From Candidatus Pacearchaeota archaeon (lineage in GTDB: Archaea; Nanobdellota; Nanobdellia; Pacearchaeales; GW2011-AR1), in assembly GCA_027021195.1 (NCBI GenBank), contig JALUUW010000003.1, forward strand, positions 4,843-68,842: a DNA stretch of 64,000 nt. Reading direction: 5' to 3'. Below the pieces are notes generated by a model. That model was not told where the DNA came from and made no database searches. It worked only from the letters and a program-made list of their open reading frames with translations. A program made the translations under genes and the position numbers. How positions within the stretch are numbered: position 1 is the first letter of the stretch; every line of letters begins with the position of its first letter. Of the stretch, positions 55,108-64,000 are shown in pieces.

Positions 55108-57398
55108 CAAAAGAAAAGCAAATTCAGCTGAAAGTGGTTGAGGCGCTGCAGGATGATGCCTACAAAGGGATAGCAAGGATAGACAGCGAGGTAATGAGAG
55201 AGCTTGACATAAGGAGAGGGGATGTTATTAAGATAAAAGGAAATAAAGAAACAGTTGCAATTGCCGACAGGGCATACCCTGCAGACATGGGAGAGAATAT
55301 TATAAGGATAGACGGGATTATGAGGAGAAATGCAAAGACAGGAATCGGAGATATTGTAACAATATCAAAGGCAGAAGTAAGAGAGGCAAAAAAGATAATG
55401 ATTGCACCTGCACAAAAAGGGATTCTGGTTCAGGGAGATTCTGAAAGTTTGAGAGGGGGCCTTTTAGGCAGGGCTGTAATGAAAGGAGACATTGTTGTTT
55501 TGGGAGGAGTCCAGAGAAGAAGAGATCTTCTCTCAGATGATTTTGGCGAGATTAATGACATGATTGGAGACATGCTTGGAAATATGGGATTTGGAAATCT
55601 TGGAGGAGGTGTTACGCAAATAAGGTTCCTTGTTGTCAACACAACCCCAAATCAGCCAGTTATTGTTACTGAAAATACTGAAGTGGCTCTTAGCCCTAAA
55701 GCAGTAGAGGTAAGCGACGAGAAAATCCCTGAGATTACTTATGAAGATATTGGAGGATTGAGTGAGGAGATAAAGAAAATAAGGGAAATGGTTGAGATTC
55801 CCTTGAAGCACCCTGAGATTTTCAATAAATTGGGGGTAGAGCCTCCTAAAGGAGTGCTGCTTCACGGGCCTCCAGGAACAGGAAAAACCCTTTTGGCAAA
55901 GGCAGTTGCCAATGAATCAGATGCAAATTTTATTCTTCTTAACGGGCCTGAGATTATGAGTAAGTTTTACGGAGAAAGCGAAAAGAAAATAAGAGATATT
56001 TTTGAGGAAGCAGAAAAAACAGCTCCGACAATCATTTTTATTGATGAGATTGATGCCATTGCTCCAAAAAGAGAAGAGGTTATGGGAGAGGTGGAGAGAA
56101 GAGTTGTAAGCCAGATTTTAACAATGATGGACGGACTTAAGTCAAGAGGAAAGGTGATAGTCATTGGCGCTACTAACAGGATTAATGCAATTGACCCTGC
56201 TTTGAGGCGCCCAGGTCGTTTTGACAGGGAAGTTGAGATTAATGTTCCGAGCAAAAAAGGAAGAAATTCTATCCTAAAGATTCATACAAGAGGGATGCCG
56301 TTGGCAAAAAATGTTAATCTTGGGGAAATAGCTTCTCTGACTCATGGTTTTGTTGGTGCTGATTTGGAGTCTTTAAGCAAGGAAGCTGCTATGAATGTTT
56401 TAAGAAAACATCTCCACAAAATAAAGCTTGATGATGAAGAGATTCCTCCGGAGATTCTGGAAAAAATGATTGTCAGGCAGGAAGATTTCATGGAGGCATT
56501 AAAAGTTGTGAGGCCTTCAGCCATGAGAGAGGTGTTGGTTGAAACTCCTAATGTAGGCTGGGATGCTGTCGGAGGCCTGGATAAAATCAAACAGGAGTTA
56601 AAGGAGGCTGTTGAATGGCCTTTAAAATATCCTGGAAGCTTTAAGAGAATGGGTATCAGGCCTTCAAGAGGGATTTTGCTTTACGGTCCTCCAGGAACAG
56701 GAAAAACTCTTTTGGCAAAGGCCGTTGCCAAAGAATCAGAGGCAAATTTCATTCAGGTTAAAGGGCCTTCACTATTGAGCATGTGGGTCGGAAAAAGCGA
56801 AGAGGGAGTTAGAAAGATATTTGAAAGGGCAAGGCAGGTAGCTCCTTGCGTTGTGTTTTTTGACGAGATTGATGCTCTTGCAGGAAAAAGAGGCCAGGAA
56901 ACAGGAACAAAGGTTACTGAAAGGGTTTTAAACCAGCTTCTTGCTGAAATGGATGGGTTGGAAGATCTGAATGATGTTCTTGTTATTGCTGCAACAAACA
57001 GGCCTGATATGCTTGACCCTGCGCTTTTAAGGCCAGGAAGATTTGACAAAATCCTTCTTGTAAATGCTCCTGAAGAAGAAGGAAGGTATAAAATACTCCA
57101 GATACACACAAAAAATATGCCTCTGGCAAAAGGGGTTAAGATAAGAGATCTTGCAAAGACAACTGTGGGATATACAGGGGCTGATCTTGAGGCTCTGACA
57201 AGGGAGGCTGCATTGCTTTCATTAAGAGAATCTATTGACTCAAAGGAAGTCAAGAAAAAGCATTTTGACGAGGCATTGAAGAAAGTGAGACCCAGTGTAA
57301 GCAAGCCGACAATTGAAGTTTACAAGAAGATTGAAGATAATCTCCTTAAATCCGCAAAGTCTGCAGTTGCTTCTGTTGGAAGCAGCTATCTCGGATAA
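55104..57398 (+). CDS. cdc48: CDC48/VCP-type AAA+ ATPase (two AAA domains)
   Basis: N-domain plus two Walker A GPPGTGKT boxes and two arginine-finger/SRH regions. Confidence 0.85.
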   Translation: MTKEKQIQLKVVEALQDDAYKGIARIDSEVMRELDIRRGDVIKIKGNKETVAIADRAYPADMGENIIRIDGIMRRNAKTGIGDIVTISKAEVREAKKIMIAPAQKGILVQGDSESLRGGLLGRAVMKGDIVVLGGVQRRRDLLSDDFGEINDMIGDMLGNMGFGNLGGGVTQIRFLVVNTTPNQPVIVTENTEVALSPKAVEVSDEKIPEITYEDIGGLSEEIKKIREMVEIPLKHPEIFNKLGVEPPKGVLLHGPPGTGKTLLAKAVANESDANFILLNGPEIMSKFYGESEKKIRDIFEEAEKTAPTIIFIDEIDAIAPKREEVMGEVERRVVSQILTMMDGLKSRGKVIVIGATNRINAIDPALRRPGRFDREVEINVPSKKGRNSILKIHTRGMPLAKNVNLGEIASLTHGFVGADLESLSKEAAMNVLRKHLHKIKLDDEEIPPEILEKMIVRQEDFMEALKVVRPSAMREVLVETPNVGWDAVGGLDKIKQELKEAVEWPLKYPGSFKRMGIRPSRGILLYGPPGTGKTLLAKAVAKESEANFIQVKGPSLLSMWVGKSEEGVRKIFERARQVAPCVVFFDEIDALAGKRGQETGTKVTERVLNQLLAEMDGLEDLNDVLVIAATNRPDMLDPALLRPGRFDKILLVNAPEEEGRYKILQIHTKNMPLAKGVKIRDLAKTTVGYTGADLEALTREAALLSLRESIDSKEVKKKHFDEALKKVRPSVSKPTIEVYKKIEDNLLKSAKSAVASVGSSYLG

Positions 57399-57424
57399 TT
57401 AAATTAAGATGTTGAGAGATAAAA

Positions 57425-57808
57425 ATGAGCTTTTTCGATGAGGATCCGTTTGAGACAATTGTAAGGGAGTTTTTCGGCCATAGCCCTTCAAGAGAGAGGT
57501 ATAAGGAAGAGATTATTCATGGCGAAGAGGAAGACAGAGTTATTGACTTCGTAGAGCATAAAAATAAGACTTATCTTATTTTTGAACTTCCTGGATTTGA
57601 TGAAAAGGATATTTTTGTAAGTGTTAAGGACAGGAAATTGGAGATAAAAGTGAAAAAGAGAAATAAAGAAGGAATTCAGGCTTACCTGGTTCCGAGGCTG
57701 AGTCAGGAGGAGATTATCAGGAAACCTCTTCCAAAGTTTGTTGATCCAAAGACGTTTTCATATACTGTAAAAAATGGAGTTTTGGAGGTTGCTTTTAATA
57801 AAAAATGA
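57425..57808 (+). CDS. Hsp20/alpha-crystallin-family small heat-shock protein
   Basis: 127 aa, ACD-like YLIFELPGFDEKDIFVSVKDRKLEIKVKK. Confidence 0.7.
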   Translation: MSFFDEDPFETIVREFFGHSPSRERYKEEIIHGEEEDRVIDFVEHKNKTYLIFELPGFDEKDIFVSVKDRKLEIKVKKRNKEGIQAYLVPRLSQEEIIRKPLPKFVDPKTFSYTVKNGVLEVAFNKK

Positions 57809-59988
57809 CCAGAGAAAAAGAACCAAAAAAAATTGAACTTGAAGTTGCAGAGTCACTGCAGGAGGACATTGATAAAGGAATTGCAAGAATACCTTCTGAT
57901 TTTATGGATTCTTTAGGCATCTCTTCAGGAGATATTGTGGAGGTCAGGGGAAAAAGCGCCGCTGTTATCAAGGCAATGCGTTCCTTAAATGACAGTAGCC
58001 AGGATATAATAAGGCTTGATGGGTCTACAAGGTCAAATATCGGCGCTTCTATCGGGGATAAGATATCCTTGAGCCCAGTAAAGATTAGCGAGGCTAAATC
58101 CCTGACACTCTCTCCTCTTCAGGAAGTGAGGTTTAGCGACAATCCGACAGAATATTTCCATACAAAACTGCTCCATAAGCCTCTGAGTGCCGGGCAGAAG
58201 ACAATTATTGATGTTTTTGGAACAAGGCTTGAATATATGGTGTCAAAAACAAGTCCAAAAGGATATGTTATTGTTACCCCTGCAACAAAGATTATTGTTT
58301 CTGATGTTCCTTATTCAGGAGAGTTTAAGGCTACAGGAGTTTCATACGAGGATATTGGAGGATTGAAAAGCGAAGTTGAGCTTATCAGAGAGATGGTTGA
58401 ACTTCCAATGAAGCACCCAGAGGTTTTTCAGAAGCTTGGAGTGGGAGCTCCAAAAGGAGTGTTGCTTACAGGCCCTCCTGGAACAGGGAAAACCCTCTTG
58501 GCAAAGGCGGTTGCCAATGAAACAGACTCTATGTTTTATTCCATTGCAGGCCCTGAGATAATGTCGAAATTTTATGGGGAATCGGAGAAGCACATCCGAG
58601 ACATTTTTGAAAAAGCAGAGAAAACAGCTCCTTCAATCATTTTTATTGACGAGATTGACAGCATAGCTCCAAAAAGAAGCGAAGGGACAGATCAGACTGA
58701 AAAGAGAATTGTTGCACAGCTTCTTACATTAATGGACGGCCTTAAGTCAAGAGGGCAGGTTGTTGTCATGGCTGCTACAAACAGGCCCGATGATATTGAT
58801 CCTGCTTTGAGGCGCCCAGGCCGTTTTGACAGGGAACTAAGAATAAATCCTCCTGATGAAAAAGGAAGAAAGGAGATTCTTCAGATACACACAAGAGGAA
58901 TGCCTCTTGACAAGGATGTGGATTTTAATGAGCTTTCAAATAAGACTATTGGATATACTGGAGCGGACATAGAGGTTTTATGCAAGGAGGCTGCACTGAA
59001 ATCAATAAAGCCGTATTTCTCAGAGCTGAAGAATATTCAGGAGAAGGTTCCAACACAAATTCTGGACAAGATTAAAGTATCCAGAGAGCATTTTATTGAA
59101 GCTATAAAACACGTAGAGCCGTCAGCCATGAGAGAGGTTTTAATTAACAAGCCGAATGTCAGATGGGAAGATGTCGGAGGAATGGATAAAATAAAAGAAA
59201 AGCTAAGAGAGCTTGTAGAGCTTCCATTGATAAGGCCTGACTTGTATGCTAAAGCAGGAATAAAGCCTTCCAAAGGAGTGTTGCTTACAGGCCCTCCTGG
59301 AACAGGGAAAACCCTTCTGGCAAAGGCAGTTGCGACAGAAGCAAATGCAAATTTCATTTCAGTTAAGGGGCCAGAGCTTGTAAGCAAGTGGGTTGGTGAA
59401 AGTGAGAAGCATATTCGTGAGATATTCAAAAAAGCCCGCCAGGTTTCTCCGTCAATAATTTTTTTTGATGAGTTTGACAGCATCTCAAAATTAAGGGGAA
59501 GCTCAATGAGTGATTCAACAGAGAGAATTGTTAACCAGCTTTTAACAGAAATGGATGGGATAGAGGAGCTTGAGAATGTAATTGTTATTGCTGCAACAAA
59601 CAGGAAAGACCTGATAGACCCTGCGCTTTTAAGGCCCGGAAGGATTGATTCAATAATAGAGCTGGAAATCCCTGATAAAAAAACAAGAGAGGCGATTTTT
59701 AAAGTTCATACAAAAAATATGCCTTTGGAAAAATCATTGAAGCTTGACGAGTATGTGGAAAAAACAGAATCATGGACTGGAGCAGAAATTGAAGCTCTCT
59801 GCAGAAATGCAGGTGTGAATGCAATCAAAAGAATGTATAAAGAGAGAAAAAAATCTTCAGGAGAGCTGATAATCAGAAAAGAGGATTTTGACAAGTCCCT
59901 GAAAGAGACATCAGAGCAGATTAATAAGCCAATTAAGTCTGAGAAAAAAGAGCTAAAGAGCAAAGGAAAGAAAGAGTCAAAAAAATAA
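57805..59988 (+). CDS. cdc48: CDC48/VCP-type AAA+ ATPase, second paralog
   Basis: Same architecture as 55104..57398, two GPPGTGKT boxes. Confidence 0.85.
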   Translation: MTREKEPKKIELEVAESLQEDIDKGIARIPSDFMDSLGISSGDIVEVRGKSAAVIKAMRSLNDSSQDIIRLDGSTRSNIGASIGDKISLSPVKISEAKSLTLSPLQEVRFSDNPTEYFHTKLLHKPLSAGQKTIIDVFGTRLEYMVSKTSPKGYVIVTPATKIIVSDVPYSGEFKATGVSYEDIGGLKSEVELIREMVELPMKHPEVFQKLGVGAPKGVLLTGPPGTGKTLLAKAVANETDSMFYSIAGPEIMSKFYGESEKHIRDIFEKAEKTAPSIIFIDEIDSIAPKRSEGTDQTEKRIVAQLLTLMDGLKSRGQVVVMAATNRPDDIDPALRRPGRFDRELRINPPDEKGRKEILQIHTRGMPLDKDVDFNELSNKTIGYTGADIEVLCKEAALKSIKPYFSELKNIQEKVPTQILDKIKVSREHFIEAIKHVEPSAMREVLINKPNVRWEDVGGMDKIKEKLRELVELPLIRPDLYAKAGIKPSKGVLLTGPPGTGKTLLAKAVATEANANFISVKGPELVSKWVGESEKHIREIFKKARQVSPSIIFFDEFDSISKLRGSSMSDSTERIVNQLLTEMDGIEELENVIVIAATNRKDLIDPALLRPGRIDSIIELEIPDKKTREAIFKVHTKNMPLEKSLKLDEYVEKTESWTGAEIEALCRNAGVNAIKRMYKERKKSSGELIIRKEDFDKSLKETSEQINKPIKSEKKELKSKGKKESKK

Positions 59989-60083
59989 TTCTGCAAAGAG
60001 AATAAATGGCAAAGCCTGACTTGCTGCGTGGCAAGGGTTTCTGATAATGGGTTAGTTATCAGTGCTTACTCTGCAGGATGATT

Positions 60084-60980
60084 TTATCCCCTTGTCACAA
60101 TGATTTTTCCTTCTTCATCTATTAAAATAGTGTCTTCTGCCTGGCTGACCTTTCCTCCTGAACTCTCTACAAGCTGTGGAAAGTGGTGAAGATTTCCGTT
60201 TTGCTCCAGCTGCCTTAATGCAATCAGAGCCCCTGTTCCTGCTTTTTTTACAATCCATCTTGAGCAAAAAGGCATTGTCCTGTATTCTTCTTCAATTAGC
60301 TTCAGGACCTTTCTTGCAATAGGGCTTCTTATGTTTTTATTATTAATCAGAATGTAAATTCCTGAAGGATTTCCGTCATGCACTTTTCCGCTTCCAGGAG
60401 TTGCAAATGGCTCTATTGCATAAACGCCTTTTTGCAGAAGAATGTTTTTTTTATTGTCAATATTCGGGATTGTGAGCCCGGCATGAATTCTGTGCTGTTT
60501 TATTTCATGTCCTGATAAGTTCATTATTGGAGAAAATCCCAGAGATTCTATTGTTTCCTGAATTTTTTTTCCTATCTCTCTCACACTGATGCCTTCTTTG
60601 GCTGTTTTAACTGCGCTCTCAAGAGCTTTTTCAGAGGCCTCTATGAGCTTTTTGTTTTCCTCGCTTTCCTTTCCTCTTTCAAGGTCAAGGGAAAAAGCAG
60701 TATCAGTTATCCATCCGCCTATGTGGACTCCTATATCCACTTTCAATAATCCTCTTGCAAGAGTTTTTTCATCATGCGAAGGAGTGTAGTGCGCAGCAAT
60801 CTCATTAATGCTTAAACTTACTGGAAAAGCAGGCTCTCCTCCCAGCTCTCTTATTTTTTCTTCAATCTTCTCAGCTATTTCCAGAAGAGGAACACCTCTT
60901 TTAATAATTGTTTTTGCATACTCTTTGGCTTGGCAGGCAATTTTTCCAGCTTTGATGATTTTATCCTTATCCATGTCCAA
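60084..60980 (-). CDS. map: Methionine aminopeptidase type 2
   Basis: VDIGVHIGGWITDTAFS, HYTP, pita-bread core with an inserted helical subdomain. Confidence 0.8.
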   Translation of the reverse strand: MDMDKDKIIKAGKIACQAKEYAKTIIKRGVPLLEIAEKIEEKIRELGGEPAFPVSLSINEIAAHYTPSHDEKTLARGLLKVDIGVHIGGWITDTAFSLDLERGKESEENKKLIEASEKALESAVKTAKEGISVREIGKKIQETIESLGFSPIMNLSGHEIKQHRIHAGLTIPNIDNKKNILLQKGVYAIEPFATPGSGKVHDGNPSGIYILINNKNIRSPIARKVLKLIEEEYRTMPFCSRWIVKKAGTGALIALRQLEQNGNLHHFPQLVESSGGKVSQAEDTILIDEEGKIIVTRG

Positions 60981-61030
60981 AATTAGCCTGTTTATTTTAT
61001 AAATTAGCGTATAACAATAATTAAATATGT

Positions 61031-61321
61031 TTGTATTATTGGTATTTCATGGGTGAAAGCGAGAAACCCGCATATTATAGGTGGCTGAAAGAGCCTTATA
61101 AGGATTTTAAGGATTCAACAAGTAACTGGGAAGAATACTCTTATCACAGAGAGTTGTTATTCAGATGCATTAAGAATATTGTTCCAGAAGGAGAGCCTTT
61201 GAGAGAGCTTTATGATAAAGCCAAATCCAGTCTAAGGGAGAGATATGACCCAAAAAACCCTCATGTCAGGAGGTTTTTGAAAGACCTTGAGAGAGGGATA
61301 TTTGGAGAGGAAGAGGATTAA
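61031..61321 (+). CDS. Hypothetical protein
   Basis: ORF-track ORF. Confidence 0.3.
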   Translation: MYYWYFMGESEKPAYYRWLKEPYKDFKDSTSNWEEYSYHRELLFRCIKNIVPEGEPLRELYDKAKSSLRERYDPKNPHVRRFLKDLERGIFGEEED

Positions 61322-61340
61322 TTAAGATTTTTTATCCTGC

Positions 61341-61841
61341 TCAGTTTTTATCTTTTATTCTCCTGTTTTTTGGAATGAAGTTCGTTATTTTTTTCTCAGA
61401 GGCTTTTCCGCATCCAAGAAAATCGCCATTATATTTCATAACTAAAAAACCTTTTTTCCCTGTTTCAATCTGAAGCTCTTCTCCTCTCATCCATTTTTCC
61501 ATTTGTTCATGGCTTAATTCAAAAATATTTTTTGTTATCTGCTCTTTCAGGATTTGCGTTCCCTCAATGCTCAGCCTTACTTTGCTCTCTTCTTCTGCGC
61601 TTAAAACAAGCTTTGCAAAATAGACTCCAACCCTCTCAATCGAAATTGTTTTTTCAAGGCTTTTTATTTCACTCTCAGAAAAAGAGCCGGAAAAAAAGAA
61701 GAGCCTTTCTTTCCCTCTCTGAACAACTATCCCCGGAATATCTTTTACACCGAATTGCTGTTTTAGTTTTTTTAATATCTCTTGTTTTTCATCCCTGCTT
61801 AGGATTCTTAGTTTAGTGTATCCCTTTTTTTTCTGTTTCAT
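61341..61841 (-). CDS. Hypothetical protein (possible PUA-like RNA-binding protein)
   Basis: Overlaps the NSUN gene by 4 nt. C-terminal GFLVMKYNGDFLGCG. Confidence 0.3.
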   Translation of the reverse strand: MKQKKKGYTKLRILSRDEKQEILKKLKQQFGVKDIPGIVVQRGKERLFFFSGSFSESEIKSLEKTISIERVGVYFAKLVLSAEEESKVRLSIEGTQILKEQITKNIFELSHEQMEKWMRGEELQIETGKKGFLVMKYNGDFLGCGKASEKKITNFIPKNRRIKDKN

Positions 61842-62854
61842 TTTATTTTTTTTATCTTCACAAGGAAAAACCCTTCTGTGTCATTGTCATGAGGGTAAAT
61901 CCTGCACGAGTATTTAACTTCTTCAGCATACTCTTTTTCCTGCCACTTTCTTATTCCTTCGCGGGGCTTTATTGGCAGTGATATCTTCTCTATTTTTATT
62001 CTGCCTTTAAATTCATCTGAGTTCAGAATAAAGTCAACAACTTCTTCATTTTCTTCAGGAGAGTGCGTGCATGTTGAGTAAATCAGTTCTCCGCCTGTTT
62101 TTAAGATTTCTATTGCTGAAAAAACCAGCTGTTTTTGTATTCTTGAAAGGCTTTTTACTGTTTTTATATTCCACATAAGGCATGTCTTTGGATTGCTTCT
62201 TAATGTCCCCTCTCCAGAGCATGGAGCATCCACCAGAATCCTGTCAAATTTTAATTCAGGATTGTATTTTTTTATTTTTCTGCAAAAAGCAATCCCGTCT
62301 TTTCTGGTGATGATTGTATTTGTAACTCCGCATCTCTCAAGATTTGACGCCAGTATCTTTAATCTGGACATAGAAACCTCATTTGCAATTATTGTTCCTG
62401 TATTTTTCATTTTTGCAGCCATTTGCGTTGTTTTGCTTCCAGGAGCAGAACACAGATCAAGTATTGTTTCATTTTCCTTGGGATTCAAAGCAATAACCGG
62501 AAGCATGCTTGCAAGTTCCTGAATATAGTAATATCCGAGCAGATGCTCTAAAGCTCTCCCCAACTCTCCTGGAAGGAGGCCTCCCCTGTCCTCTGTGGAA
62601 TTTGCATCCTCCTCTCTATTAACAATCATCACTTCAGGATGGCTTTTCCATGGCTGAGTGATTTTCCAGCCTTTTTTTTCAAGCCTTTTTTTTAATCTTT
62701 CCGGAGAGATTTTTAAAGTATTGCATCTTATAGACTTTAGTTCAGGCTTTTTCAAAATCTCAAGATATTTCATGAAATCTTCCTTCTCCTCAAAAAGCAA
62801 CTTCATTCTTTCAACAAAAAGCGGCTTGAGCTCCATGGGCTTTCTTTGTTTCAT
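61838..62854 (-). CDS. NOL1/NOP2/Sun-family RNA cytosine-C5 methyltransferase
   Basis: DLCSAPGSKT (SAM motif I), DAPCSGEG (motif IV, catalytic Cys), TCTHSPEENE (motif VI Cys). Confidence 0.8.
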   Translation of the reverse strand: MKQRKPMELKPLFVERMKLLFEEKEDFMKYLEILKKPELKSIRCNTLKISPERLKKRLEKKGWKITQPWKSHPEVMIVNREEDANSTEDRGGLLPGELGRALEHLLGYYYIQELASMLPVIALNPKENETILDLCSAPGSKTTQMAAKMKNTGTIIANEVSMSRLKILASNLERCGVTNTIITRKDGIAFCRKIKKYNPELKFDRILVDAPCSGEGTLRSNPKTCLMWNIKTVKSLSRIQKQLVFSAIEILKTGGELIYSTCTHSPEENEEVVDFILNSDEFKGRIKIEKISLPIKPREGIRKWQEKEYAEEVKYSCRIYPHDNDTEGFFLVKIKKIK

Positions 62855-63132
62855 AAATAACTAATCAAAGAATTGCTTTTAATATTTTCCTTAGTTTATG
62901 CTCTGCCCGCAGTCCTTCAGACAATTTGCTGGAACTTTGTTACATCTAAATTTTTCTGATATTCGTTGAGAATTTTATAAAAGAGAAAGTTAATATACCT
63001 ATAAGAAGATTGAGCTCTTTCTCTCAAATGCAATCTGTTAAACAGGCACACGAGGGAAAGGAAGAAATACAAACGAAGAAGGGTAAAATAAGGCTTCTAA
63101 CCGCAGCAAAGTTGCATGGCATATGGATTAAA

Positions 63133-63471
63133 TCAATACCTAAATCTTCTTTCATAATCTTTATGGCTCATCCATTCAAGGATAATTGACAGTATTGTAA
63201 TTTCCCCATTAGCCACAGAATAAATCAATCGCCAACCTTTTGGCAAATCATATTTCCAGATATTATCAATTCCATATTTCTCAATGTAAGCTTTTGGAAT
63301 TAATCTTTTTTGTATCCTTATTCCACAAAAGGCGTTTTCCTCTAAATCTTCAAAAGCTCTACAAATCCATTTGTATAATTTTTGATCTTCTGTTTTTGAT
63401 TCTTTTAAAGCCTCAAAACTCTTCTGAATCTTCTCGTCAGCAAATTTGATTTCAGATTTCATTTTCTCCAA
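63133..63471 (-). CDS. RelE/ParE-like toxin-domain protein
   Basis: The C-terminal WKYDLPKGWRLIYSVANGEITILSIILEW...HKDYERRF resembles RelE/ParE. 13-nt overlap with the upstream small gene. Confidence 0.4.
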   Translation of the reverse strand: MEKMKSEIKFADEKIQKSFEALKESKTEDQKLYKWICRAFEDLEENAFCGIRIQKRLIPKAYIEKYGIDNIWKYDLPKGWRLIYSVANGEITILSIILEWMSHKDYERRFRY

Positions 63472-63743
63472 CTTAGATGAGGCTTAGACAGGTATTTTTT
63501 TACAAGTTCCGGATTCCAAATCCAGACAACCCATCCTTCTTTGTCTTGTGCTATTTTTCCAGACTCCAACAAATAGTCAAAAATTACACAGAAAGTTTGG
63601 TAAATCATTTTTTTAGGCAGTGCTTCCCAAAGAGATTTTTTCTTGTATTCCCCGGAATTTTCTCTAATAAACTCCTCTACCATCAGAATAGTATCTAATT
63701 GTGGATAGTGCAAAATATTTCTTTTTGATATTTCTTGTGGCAT
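63459..63743 (-). CDS. Small protein upstream of the RelE-like gene (possible antitoxin-position partner). Start placed at the internal Met.
   Basis: 94 aa from MPQEISKRN. The longer 154-aa track ORF runs into the flanking region. Confidence 0.3.
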   Translation of the reverse strand: MPQEISKRNILHYPQLDTILMVEEFIRENSGEYKKKSLWEALPKKMIYQTFCVIFDYLLESGKIAQDKEGWVVWIWNPELVKKYLSKPHLSWRK

Positions 63744-64000
63744 GGTTATACATACTTGTATAACTATTAAAATCTTTCGGTTTTCAAAAAATCCTTCTTT
63801 CTCCAAAAAAGAAACAAAAAACCCTTTCTCAGATATACTGGAACGTTTCACGTGCCAGCTTGCTCTCTTTTTTAGAATTTCATCCTTGCAACATGGCTGT
63901 TTATGCTCTGCCTGCAGGCTCAAAAGTCCCCAAGAGTCATCTGCCTTTTTCCTTCAATAATCTCTTTTATGTCCAGACCAAAAACCTGAAAAATGTTTTC

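Noticed and set aside
1-64000. Stop-codon reassignment suggested by the in-frame TAG in metG
   Set aside because: TAG, TAA and TGA each terminate several well-delimited genes here (e.g. TAG at 46227 and 2372). Local explanations are more likely.

Overview
This is an AT-rich, gene-dense window that reads as archaeal. It carries PCNA, a euryarchaeal-type primase, aRF1, TFS, Rpo11/RpoL, Hjc, Cbf5, NAC, Sec61beta, ribosomal proteins S19e/L39e/L31e, RadB and two CDC48 copies. The fused PriS–PriL-CTD primase, an in-frame TAG splitting MetRS, a class II LysRS and very large Cys-rich surface proteins suggest a small-genome DPANN/Nanoarchaeota-like organism, but that is inference only. About two-thirds of the window is housekeeping: LysRS, MetRS, ValRS, TopA, MinD, ScpB, MetAP2, an NSUN m5C methyltransferase, signal peptidase and one tRNA-Lys(CTT). 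Three regions are accessory. (i) 0–6.4 kb holds two convergent modules, each with a radical SAM/SPASM enzyme, a SAM methyltransferase and an HExxH protein, separated by an MccF-like LD-carboxypeptidase. Directly upstream of one rSAM gene is a 41-aa Cys-rich ORF (CDPCDACGPDAC) that the ORF track omits, which makes this a candidate archaeal RiPP cluster of the thioether-peptide type. (ii) 8.7–23 kb encodes secreted or membrane-anchored Cys-rich proteins, including a tandemly duplicated gene pair (a ~270-aa TM protein plus a 495-aa or 1247-aa Cys-rich giant). (iii) 49.6–51.9 kb has a third rSAM/SPASM gene beside a P-loop ATPase and a decayed rSAM N-terminal remnant. Other points recorded below are a 32-nt exact intergenic copy of coding sequence, a GC-rich structured patch, an unannotated Sec61beta gene and a toxin–antitoxin-like pair. 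No CRISPR array, rRNA or obvious transposase was seen.
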